In this document: positions 12,367 through 22,710 of the stretch, piece by piece | Position numbering within the stretch: position 1 is the stretch's first letter | Layout of the letters: each line of letters starts with the position of its first letter | Source of the DNA: Carpediemonas membranifera BICM | Taxonomy: Eukaryota > Protista > Fornicata | Assembly: GCA_019828565.1 (NCBI GenBank) | Contig: JAHDYR010000005.1 | Coordinates: 1,507,992 to 1,571,991 of the forward strand | Length of the DNA stretch: 64,000 nt | Direction of reading: 5' to 3' | Made by a program: the position numbers and the translations under genes | The notes under the pieces: model-generated | What the model was told of the DNA's origin: nothing | The model's input: only the letters and a program-made list of their open reading frames with translations | The model's database searches: none

Positions 12367-13200
12367 ATGCCCTCGCAATTCAACAAAAACCAGCGTGAAG
12401 CTATTAAGCAGTTCCGCGACATCACACAAGCTTCAGAACAGGATGCGATTCTCATCCTGCAAGAGATAGACTGGGATGCGGACCGCGCGATCAACAGGTA
12501 TCTTGATGGAGCAATTCAGATCGGATGGACTGATCCCTCTAAGGCAAAGAAGAAGGAAGACAAGAAAATTGCTGGGCAGCAGCGCCGTAGACAAATTCGT
12601 ACACAGCCTGCTCGGCAGCCAGCCAAGAAGCCCGCTGCCAAGCCTGCGCCTGCTAAAGAGGAACAGTCCGTAAAGCCTGTGGCTCCGAAGCCCGCGGCCC
12701 CTGTCCAGAAGGAGGAGGTAACCCCTGCCCCCGTTCAGGAGCAGGTTGCCCCTGAGCCATACAAGGCCGTTGAGGAGCCCGTCCGCGAGGTTCCCCAGCC
12801 CGCTCCCGTGCAGCCTACTATCCAGCAGACTGCCCAGCAGCAGCAGGCACAGCAGCCATTCACGTTCTGGCCCCAGCAGCCCCAGCACCCCGCTGCCAAC
12901 ATGCCCAACCAGTCCGGCTGGTACCCCTACGGATATCCCCCCATGGGCATGCCCCAGCAGCACCAGGAAGCCGGCCGCGAGCAGACCCAGCAGCCCTACG
13001 GCCAGTACCAGCAGGAGCAGGTCCACCAGCAGTCCGGCTACCCCATGGAGTTCGCGCAGGCTTACGGCCAGCCCTATGGCTACCCTATGTACATGCCCCA
13101 GGGGTACCAGCAGACGATGCCCTCCTACATGGTTCCCGGTGTCAACTACGGGCAGCCCGACGAGCGCCAGGATCCCTACCGTGGCCAGTACGCCAAGTAA
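12367..13200 (+). CDS. UBA-like domain protein with Pro/Gln/Tyr-rich low-complexity tail
   Basis: IKQFRDITQASEQDAILILQEIDWDADRAINRYL resembles UBA-like (UBA_4) domains. Confidence 0.7.
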   Translation: MPSQFNKNQREAIKQFRDITQASEQDAILILQEIDWDADRAINRYLDGAIQIGWTDPSKAKKKEDKKIAGQQRRRQIRTQPARQPAKKPAAKPAPAKEEQSVKPVAPKPAAPVQKEEVTPAPVQEQVAPEPYKAVEEPVREVPQPAPVQPTIQQTAQQQQAQQPFTFWPQQPQHPAANMPNQSGWYPYGYPPMGMPQQHQEAGREQTQQPYGQYQQEQVHQQSGYPMEFAQAYGQPYGYPMYMPQGYQQTMPSYMVPGVNYGQPDERQDPYRGQYAK

Positions 13201-13420
13201 TTGAGTGTTTAAAAGAAATTCGCTCATTTTCCAAGTTCTTGCTCTCATTTGTCCTCTGGAAGTTTGTGAGGCGGGTTGGCAGTCTCGCTCAGAAAAAAAT
13301 GAAAAGGACTCACAGGTACATGTTTAGAGCTATTGAGTGTCTATGAGACCTCCACATCCCCTCGCTAGGCCCTGGTATCTCGAGATGAATTCAAAGTCAG
13401 ACACTAAAAGTTCAGCTACT

Positions 13421-16400
13421 ATGTCCGAAATGACGGAAGAGCAGGAGACGCCGATAGCTATCGGTACGTATTCAGAGCATTTACTCACACAGAGTGCCTT
13501 GCAAATCCCCAGGACGTTTCTCTTACGCGCGTTCTTCGCGTTGCGTTCAGTATGTTCGATCGCTGCGAGTTTGTCGAGCTTGAAGAGCAGGAGGAAGAAG
13601 AAGATCAGCCCGAGGATGCCGAGGTGAAGCTGCCTGCGATCAAACCGCTTCATCTCGAGCTTCCGTCCGAAGGCGACGTGCTTCTCTCCCAGCTGTACCG
13701 CCAGCCCATCGGCGTCCACCTCTTCTACCAGGAAGAGGTCAAGGCCGCCGCCAAGGGCAAGCCTGTGAAGAAGAAGGAGTCGCCCCCCCAGTACCTCGGC
13801 TCGGACGTGCTTGATCTTACCGCCGTCCTCGAGGGGTCCAGGTCCATGGTCAAGGACGTCAGCGTGGCCATATCAGAAGACCATGTACTTCGTACAGAGT
13901 ACGGCTGCGGCGACAGCGTGGTAGTTACCGCCTCTGCCACTCTCCCAGAGCCTCTGGTCGCTGAGAATGATGTTGGCAAGCTCATCGTGCTTAACCTGGA
14001 CACTGTGGGCGTATTCTCACTCCCCGAGGCCATCCAGGAGACCAACTACGAGTACACAGTCCAATACGTCCTCCCAGGGGTAGACGTGCCGATTGTTGCC
14101 GCGAAGGCCACGCTCGAACTCCAGAAGGAAGCCACGCCATATGCAACGGCGGACGACACCATCACTGTACGCAGAGACCGCGAGCTCCGTGCCGAACAAC
14201 AGGAGTCATACCTCACGTTCCCTGAGACACTGACAGTTTCATACGGCAAAGGCATCCCTGATTCAGAGATCCCGAACAAAAAGACGGCGGTGGTACTCAC
14301 CCCAGCCGCACGGGACGCCATTGTCGAAGCTCTCAAGGCCCAGCCGGACGCCCTCGACTCTCCGATCAGGGCGGACCTGGTGAGGCTGTGGCTCGGCAAG
14401 GGAGAGGACCCCGACTCGAAGCACGCCAGCACGGTCGCCCACATGGGCATGGAGACCCTGCTCGTGCCAGGCCGCACTGCTGCGGAGGTGCGTAGCTATC
14501 TGGTCACTGCCGAGGAGGAGGTAGACCTCGGTGACGCCGAGAAAACCAAGCGGCCGTCCTCGAAGAAGAGTGGGAAGCCCAAGGGCGAGCAGAAGGCCGG
14601 CCACCCGTTCGTCCAAGCGCACACGTACATCAAGACGGCCGTCACGTCGGACATTCCTTTCGTCGCGGTTCCCACTCCCGTCCCATTCCCTGAAAACGAC
14701 ATCACTGAGGCCGCAGAGACCATGAAGGAGGCCCACGGGGCGACACCCAACCCTGATAGCGTCTTTGCTCGCTATAGAACCGAGATCCGCGCACTTTTGA
14801 GAGATACGGCCGCTGATTTAGTGAAATTTAAGGAAGCGGCCTCCCCCCTCGAGTCTCTCCGTGAGCACGAAATCTATCCGAAGGTCGTTGAGGTCATGAA
14901 AGCGGCCCTGCTTGACGTCGCCGCCGCCTACGCTGCCTCTTGTGCGACCAGGACCGAGATCACCGCTGAGCTGCACACAAGGTTGATGAAGGAGACCTCT
15001 GCTGTTGTAGAGGAGATCGCAGGTGTTGTTACCGTACCCGACCCGCCGTCGATTGACCCGGTCGACCGTATAGAGGCTATGGTCCTCGACAGCGAGGTCC
15101 TCGGCAGGAGAAAGACCGCTATAGCTCTCATGGAGCGTCGTCTGGTCATCCGCCGCGATGAGGAGGGACTGATGAAGTATGCCCGGCTCCTGCTCGAGGC
15201 CCGCAGCAGCGACCAGGCATTTGAGGTCATCAAGGAGATCGCCCAAATCACTGAGGGCGAGACACGCCTCAGACAGCACCTCACACTCGGCGCGCTCTGC
15301 GTGCAGAAGGAGAACATCGCCAGAGCTTCGGAGTACTGGAACGACGCGGCAGACCTCGACGATTCACTCGATAACCCGACCCATGGCCTGCCACACGCCC
15401 TCCTCGGCGCCCTACTCGCACTATCTGGCCGGGACGAGGACGCCCAGCCCTTGTTCCTCCGCGCCATGCAGATCCGCGGGGTCGAGCCCCCCGAGGACGT
15501 GCCCACTGACGAGTTTATCACCATGGCGGAAGGGGGGATCGTGGCGCTGCAGCTCGACTGTGCTGACTCGCTCATTGACATGTGTGTGCCGGCAGTGGCT
15601 CTCCGGATTCTCCTTAGATTGCCTGAGATTGACTCGATCAATGAGGAGATTTACTCCGCCACGACGGTCCCGGTCAACCCGTTTGAAGCGACCATCACTG
15701 CCTCCGTCCGCCACAAGATCCTCACCGCCGCCGCCCACCTCGGCTGTGGCAGACACCAGCAGGCGGTGACCCACGCCAAGGCCGCCCTTGCCGACGCCGA
15801 CAACGTGGCGATCGCATGGAAGCTCCTTGGCCAAGCCGAGCTGAGCCTCGGCAAGACGGAGGAGGGCACGCAGGCCTTCCGTGCGGCCCTCAGACAAGCC
15901 TCGCTGCCCGGCCAGGAGTACGTCGCCGCTGACCCGTGGTTCCTGCAGACGACGGCATCCCTGCTACTGACGCGGACCCGGCCTCCAGCAACGCTGCTCC
16001 CCGCGGACATCGTACAGGCGTCTAACATCAGACTCGGGTCTGCTCCGAGTCGAAGCAAGTCTAGGGCTACGGGTCGGCTTTCAGTGCGGGATCTCCGTGA
16101 TCTCAAGCGCAGGCAGACTGCCCCAGCCACCTCTGACCAGGCGCTGACTCCGAAGGAAGCGATCGATAACGCGTTCAACGTTCTCAGATACACTTGCACC
16201 GAGTATCCGATGCTCTCCACACCCTGGGCGATCCTGGGCCGGGTGCTCATGATGAGAGGTGATTACGAGACCGCCAGACACGCCATGGAGCACGCGAACC
16301 TGCTTAACTCCAGCAACGGGGCAGTCTGGGGCCAGACGGCGCTGCTGCTCCTCGTGGACGGCGATCGTGAGGCTGCTGACAGATGCGTGGGCATTGCTCT

Positions 16401-16728
16401 CCAAAACGGCCTGAGAGATCCGAATCTAATCCTAGATCTTGCCGAGATTTATCATATCCATGGCGATCATTCGATTGCGGAGGGCCTCCTTCTCCGCGCG
16501 ATGGGCGGGCCCGTTCAGCCAGCCCCCCAACCCTTACGCCGCGCCCAAACGATCATGGCCGAAAGCCTGCGGTCCCGTGGGGCACTGGAACAGTGTGTGA
16601 CGTACTACAAAGCAGCTTTGGAGGGTATGGAGCCTTCAACGACGAAGAATGACCTGCTCGAGCATCTGACCGCGACCCTGATGGAGCTTGGCCGCGGCGA
16701 GGAGGCGAAAGCGTTGATGAATGAATAG
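13421..16728 (+). CDS. Large TPR protein, probably CFAP70/TTC18-like; intron 13464-13492
   Basis: A 29-nt GTACGT..CAG intron joins MSEMTEEQ to the 1058-aa ORF in frame. C2-like N-terminus, multiple TPRs, and C-terminal EHANLLNSSNGAVWG as in CFAP70. Confidence 0.6.
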
Positions 16729-16813
16729 TAAATACACCTTTCTGTAGCTGTGCCTGGTCAGGAAAGACACTAATACGCCACTGGTCTCGATGATCCGATC
16801 ATTTATACACTGT

Positions 16814-19565
16814 TCAGGGCTCCTTCAACACGCTAGCCGCCTTCCATTTCACGATGATGCCCTCCATCCGGCTGAAGCTAGCACAGTTCCGCACCGCAAC
16901 GTCCATGCGATGGGCACTGGATAGCGCACCATATGGCACGTTCGCCTTCTCCATCGCGAGCGCCAAACACCGCTCTTCGACCCGTTTAAGTACGGTGGTA
17001 GCAGCATTCTGGCACTTAGTAAGCAGCAGCCTGTTATTCCCGAGCCGACCCAGGAATTCGGACTCATTCTTGTCGCAATAGAGTATATGGTACGCATGAA
17101 GCTCGCACATGGCTTGTACAATGGTGTCGAGGGGCATAAGGGTGTAGCTGGGATCAGCCTCGCGAAGAACACCCTCACTGTGGAACACGATTATGAACAT
17201 GTCAGCAACAGGCTCCTTGAGCTGCTCATAAAGCTCCTCCTCTGTCGCCTCTGGGCTCTCCCCAACGTAATGCTTGAAAAACTTGGTGTACCAATCCACA
17301 ATCAGAGGTTTGCACCGCCGTGCATTCAATGAGTTACTCACATGCAGACTAGAGAGCACAAGGTCGTCTGCGGCGCGGCACTGCAACGGAGCCCGTTCTG
17401 GCAGGATTCGCTGGAAAATGCTGAGTCCTGCAGACTCGAACTCGCGCCTGTTGCTTGAGTGGAGGATCCTGAGCAGCGCCATGTAATTCTTTGAAAGTCG
17501 GAACATGTTGATGGCCATCCTTTCTGATTTTGACAGTTTTGAGAGCGAACGTAGCTTTCTAAGCGTCTTTGTGTCCACTGCAATGGGCATGAACAGCTGC
17601 TCGTAGAGAGCCTCACACTTCTTCGCGAGCTCCATGACCCTTTGCTTGGTATGCCCGTCTACTATCGCCGGGATTGTGTCAGCTTGCTGCAGGCGGGTCA
17701 GCATGAGGGAGAGGTGACCCTTGTGCTCGCTCAGGATGGCAGTAAGCTCGCCACTGGGGCTCAGGGGGGCGGCGAGGGGCTGGCTGGGCGGCCGCTTGTC
17801 TGCAGCAACCTCTGCGGCCTTTCGCTTCTCCCCCGCGGTCGAGCTTGCAGTCTCGGGCTCAACCACGTTCTTGCTGTCCTTGACAATCTCTGACTGGCTG
17901 ATGATCTCCACATCTGAGCCAGCATCTGACACAATCAGGTCCGGCTCGTCGGCGTCAGTGGAGTCGAGGTCGATGACCTCAGTCTCAGCTGGCTCTATCG
18001 GCTTCTTCTGGGCGTGTAGAGCAGCCAGTGCGGCTGTGGCCAACGTATCCGCTGGTGCTCGGGCGGGGGTCAGCTTAGGCTCGGGCTGGGTGAATGCTGG
18101 CTGTCTCGGGGTCTCTGGCTTCTTGGCAGGCTCCATAGTGGTGTTATCGGCCTTGTCCAGGGGTTCAGCCGGGAGTTTCTGGGCTGTGGCGGGTGCTACC
18201 TTCTGTTGCTCCAAGGCCGAGGTCGGGGTTGGTTGGGCTGCCGTCTTCCTTGCGGTGATCTGCTGGAACACCTTGGTCACTCCACCGAGGAAGCCGGCGG
18301 AGGTGGTCGCCCCCTCCACCTCTGGTTGTCGTGGGGTTGGCTGCGCAGGCTGCGCTGTGATCTGTGCTACCGGCCGCTGCTTCTCCGTCCTCGCGGCGTG
18401 CTCTGTGACAGGCTCCACGGCCCCCCGCTGTGCCAGCAGGGCCTTGCGTGCGTAGTCCGGGTCTGACGTCGGGTTGACCTGGGGCCTGGGCTGAGCGGCG
18501 GCCGGGGTGGAAGCGGGGGGCGGGTGTTGGGGCGGGCTTGGTCGCAGGGGGCTTGGCCTGCTGGTGGATGGGCGCTGCCGTCTTCCTCGCAGTCCGCCGC
18601 TCCATGTGCAATCCCCCCGGCACAGCGGCGGCAGCGGCAGACTTGCGGGCCCCGAGCCGTGTGACCATGGGCCTCGGGCCGGTCCGTGTGGGGTTCGGGG
18701 CCGGGGCCATCGTGTGAGCGACGGCAGAGGCGGCCTCGGCAAGGGAGGTGGGCGGGCCGGCGGGCTGGGCTCGCTGGGCTTGCTGCTGGGGGGCGTTGGA
18801 CTGGGCCTGGGCCTGGGGGTGTGTCGCCTGGTGCTGGGGCCTGGCCTGAGGTTGAGGGTGGGCTTGCTGCTGGCCCTGAGCCTGTTGAGGCTGTTGTGGG
18901 GCGTGAGTTGTTGCCTTACCCTGCACCTTCTTAGCCTGTGCCTCGTACGCGCTGTCCCTGGCCACGATGTAGTCGTCCCAGTTCGGGGGCGCGGCCTCCT
19001 CCTCGCCCTCGTACCTGTCAGCCACCTCGACTAGGTTGACAGGCCCCTCAACGATGCAAAACGGGTCGTCCACATCCTCGCCGATGTCTGGGATCACTGA
19101 GTGTTCTGTGGCGCTTGAGTCTTGGGCTACAAAGTCCTTGGCGAGGTCAGACTCGACTGTGCCTCGGTGGTGGAGGGAAGCGGCTGAGCCAACGTGTTTG
19201 GCGATGATACGGTCGATAACACTGCTGGATGAGTCTACACGGGCGTCAATGTGTCGGCATAGAGCTGTTTGCGCCATCAACTGGCGGCCGAAGTCGAGGT
19301 GGCGCGTTTGATACTGAGGGCGCATGGTTTCTGCTTCGTACGGCGCAGGAATGATTCTAAACGCACAGCAGACAGGAACCGTCTCTGGAAGGACCGCGGG
19401 GCGGTGCCACAGGGGCTGCATGTCTTCTTCGATCACTGCTGACGTGTCTGTGGCAGAATGGGCTGGTGCCTGCGGGTTAGAAGACGTATTCGTTTGCATT
19501 ATTCCTCCTTGTCGCACAGATGTGCTTGCTTGCATTGTTCTCTGACTAAATGTGTCGCCGGCCAA
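16814..19565 (-). CDS. Unknown protein with long Pro/Gln/Ala-rich middle; apparent frameshift near the G-run at ~18515
   Basis: Two overlapping ORFs (18165-19565 and 16814-18742) whose sensible halves join near PAPTPAP/ASTPAAAQPRP. Start codon uncertain. Confidence 0.55.
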
Positions 19566-19826
19566 AGGACGCGCGTAACCTGCGCTCAGGTCAAAGCAGG
19601 TCTACCCAGACGACCCAAGTCTTGCCTATGCTATCTACTGGGCGATAAAGGCTACCGAATGAGTCCACTGTGTCTTAAAGTGCGGTGGCCATGGCGGAGA
19701 CACACTGCCGTTGGGTAGAAGTAGTTTTGCCGTTGAGGTGCTGATTGTGAACATCCGTGTTGCTGGGCTTGGAACTTCACCACACCGGAATCAATCAGAT
19801 GATGAACGACAACTCGTTGGAGGACG

Positions 19827-20459
19827 ATGTGGGCTGACGCCGCCGTATTCGATATAGACTATGTTATAACAAACGCAAATGAGATGCAAGACAACATTGA
19901 CGACCTCTTCTGCCTCGTTGACTGTTACTACCGCAAGAACAAGATCGAGGCGATGAAAGAGACCCTGGAACAAATCAAGGCGAAGCTTCCTTCCACGAAG
20001 AAGAATGAATACGCGCTCTACGCCGCCCTTGCACATCTAGACACCGATGCGCGCGACGATGCTCTGAACGACCTCGAGACCGAGGAGGCAATCCGTGAAC
20101 TCATTCTTACCATCGACAACAAGGACACCCGCCTCAAGAAGCTCTCGGACTATCTCATGAGCCACAGCGACGACATCATCGCCTGGTCTGCGTTTGCTCG
20201 TGAGTACCTTGCTGCCAACCTCCGCGAGGAGGCCCGTTTCTGCTTCCAGCAAATCCTCCTTGCCCGTCCAACATGTTGGGGCGCCGCCCTGGGTATCAGC
20301 ACCTGTGCTACGGGCGACGACACCGCTTCATACGCCCTCCTTGCCCGCCGACTGTGCGAGGTGACTGACCATCCCCTGGTTGTTCGGGTCATGGCGAAGG
20401 CACAGGGCGATGAGGGCGCGCTGGTCCGGAACTACGCTAAGGGGATCAAGCAGGAGTAA
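19827..20459 (+). CDS. EMC2: ER membrane complex subunit 2 (EMC2/TTC35)-like TPR protein
   Basis: LSDYLMSHSDDIIAWSAFAREYL..EARFCFQQILLARP matches the EMC2 TPR region. 5' end uncertain. Confidence 0.65.
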   Translation: MWADAAVFDIDYVITNANEMQDNIDDLFCLVDCYYRKNKIEAMKETLEQIKAKLPSTKKNEYALYAALAHLDTDARDDALNDLETEEAIRELILTIDNKDTRLKKLSDYLMSHSDDIIAWSAFAREYLAANLREEARFCFQQILLARPTCWGAALGISTCATGDDTASYALLARRLCEVTDHPLVVRVMAKAQGDEGALVRNYAKGIKQE

Positions 20460-20576
20460 AGTTTACATCGTTTGAATGAAGACAGTATGGTGGTATCACA
20501 CCACCCCAACCCGAGCCCTCAGATGCATTCAACCAAGCACTTCCCATCCAGAATCCAACTTAAACCCTAGTTTACA

Positions 20577-22460
20577 CTAATCCTTGTCCGCCTTGAGGAT
20601 GTCCAGCTCGGCCCGCATCGCCTTCACCTGCTCAGCCAGCGCGTTAAACTGCTCGACGGGTACAAACATGCGCTGAGTCCTCTCAATCACCCCATCAAGC
20701 CCGCTCTGCATCGCACTCTGTCTCACGAGATCTGATCTCTGCGGACTGGCCGCCTTAGGCTGGCCCCGAGCTGGTCCCTGGACCTGCAGCAAACCCGTAC
20801 GAACCCGGCCAATCTCTCCCTCAGTGGCTAGGGCACGGGATTCAAGCACACCCTGGCGCTCCTGCAGACTCAACATGGCGCCGTACGCTTCGTCAAGCTG
20901 GCCCACGATGCCGTCGATGTGGGATGCGGTTTCCTGGACCGTCTCTGTGATCTCGATCATATCGCCCTCAACGGCCCTGACGGAGCTCGCCACGCCGTCT
21001 ATGGCGTTCTCAAGCTGTGTGTGCGCATCATTGAATCTCGCAGCAGTAGTCTCGGCGCTCTCCTTCACAGTCTCTGCAATAGCTATCACCGCCTGCCTCA
21101 CGTCCTCTAGAGCCCAGTCAGTGCTCTCTGGGTCAGCTAAAGCCTGGTTGATGTTCATGGCGTCCAGAGCACTGTTCGTGCTGGCGTTCACCGGTCGGGA
21201 AGTGCCCGTGGCGATCTTGCTCAGAAGGACACGCTCGTACTTGACCTTGCTGGGGCCCTTTGCTTCGCTAGTGTAGACCTCGAAGGCGCGTGTAGGGCCG
21301 TCGGGGCCGGAAGTCAGCTCGGCGAGGGCGTTTTGGACTGCCTTCTCACACAGAGCCTCGCTTGCTGCAAGGTTGCGGCGGCAAAGATCAGCAAGCTCAG
21401 ATTCAGGGGCTACTGAATCTATAGATACAACTTGACCGTCGGGTAGTATTGTCACGCCGCCCTGAGTCGGCACGAGTCTGTTCCTAGTGTTAGACTGAAT
21501 GGACGTATATATAGGCCGATAAAGAGCCCCAACCTTGTCGTAAATATCAGCAATCGGCGCCAGAGCCATGGCCAAGGCATCCCCATGTCTGGCTGAGAGT
21601 TCCTCCCCCTCGATTGGGAGCTTGAGGTCGTCGATGGCGTTCATGTACAGGCCCTGTGACTTCTCCGCGGCCTCGGTCATGCGGATAAGAGTGAGTGTCT
21701 CGCCTATACGAGGCATGCCACGTCTTGTACGAAGAGTGCGCAGAGTTGCGATTACATCAGACACGACCCCGGCCGTAGGGGGTGAGGCGGGCCACTCCTG
21801 GTTGACCTTGGGCGTCACCGTGCCGACTCTGGACCTGAGGCTCGCTCTGAGTGCGGGGAGACCGGCGACGACTTCAATACTGTTGAACGTGGCCTTGAGA
21901 GAGTTATACTTGGTCGGATCCTCGTAGCCGCGGGTTAGGAAGGAGTCGCGGAGCATGTCGTCGCCCTTGGTGCCGGATATGTCGGCGGGGACGCGGAGGA
22001 TCAGGCCTATGTTAATCATCGCGCTGGGGTCGTCGCGGCCACCCGTGAGGCCAATCAGGCGGCGTACGAGGGCGCTGAGGAGAGAAATTAGGGTCTCGTC
22101 AAGCCCATCAGGGGCGTGGATGACTACGGTGTGGCTAACCGCGGCGGTGGCGTCGATGATACGGGCGAAGGCATCATCTTCTTGCGGCTTGGGCATATCG
22201 AGCCCGTCAACAGTAAACGTCATGTGGAAGATACGCTCATCATCGTTAATCTGTGTTTCGCATCTGATTTGGGTCTCTGCATTGGCAGAGGGGCTTGGAT
22301 CGATTGGGGCGTCGTCGAGATCGCTCTCCTCGGGATACGGGTAGCCAATGTGGAAAGAACAGGACGCAGTGTACCCCTGTTTATCCTGGGGAACTGGGAC
22401 AGGCTTGAACTCCCCGTCGTTGTCGAGAACAATCATACTCGGAAATTTGTCCTCGAGCAT
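20577..22460 (-). CDS. Guanylate-binding protein (GBP)-like helical/coiled-coil protein with no recognisable P-loop
   Basis: LPIEGEELSARHGDAL, RNLAASEALC and AKGPSK resemble the GBP C-terminal helical domain. Long coiled coil at the C-terminus. Confidence 0.5.
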   Translation of the reverse strand: MLEDKFPSMIVLDNDGEFKPVPVPQDKQGYTASCSFHIGYPYPEESDLDDAPIDPSPSANAETQIRCETQINDDERIFHMTFTVDGLDMPKPQEDDAFARIIDATAAVSHTVVIHAPDGLDETLISLLSALVRRLIGLTGGRDDPSAMINIGLILRVPADISGTKGDDMLRDSFLTRGYEDPTKYNSLKATFNSIEVVAGLPALRASLRSRVGTVTPKVNQEWPASPPTAGVVSDVIATLRTLRTRRGMPRIGETLTLIRMTEAAEKSQGLYMNAIDDLKLPIEGEELSARHGDALAMALAPIADIYDKVGALYRPIYTSIQSNTRNRLVPTQGGVTILPDGQVVSIDSVAPESELADLCRRNLAASEALCEKAVQNALAELTSGPDGPTRAFEVYTSEAKGPSKVKYERVLLSKIATGTSRPVNASTNSALDAMNINQALADPESTDWALEDVRQAVIAIAETVKESAETTAARFNDAHTQLENAIDGVASSVRAVEGDMIEITETVQETASHIDGIVGQLDEAYGAMLSLQERQGVLESRALATEGEIGRVRTGLLQVQGPARGQPKAASPQRSDLVRQSAMQSGLDGVIERTQRMFVPVEQFNALAEQVKAMRAELDILKADKD

Positions 22461-22710
22461 TTTATGTCAATAACCGCCAAAGCGAGGCAACTGGGAGTTC
22501 TAACCCAACTAGCGACTCCTGGTACACTGTTGGCCAACCCACAGCACTTTTTTAGAAATTCTTTGTCGGTCCAGCTTCCAGAACAAGGATGGGCTCAAAG
22601 ATAAGATGTCAATAGTCAGAAGCATCTTAGCAGTCTGAACAGCGTTATGCCGGTATCCTCCGCCGTCCAGACCTTAAACTGCGGTGTTGTTAAGCTGCAC
22701 ACGCAACAAA

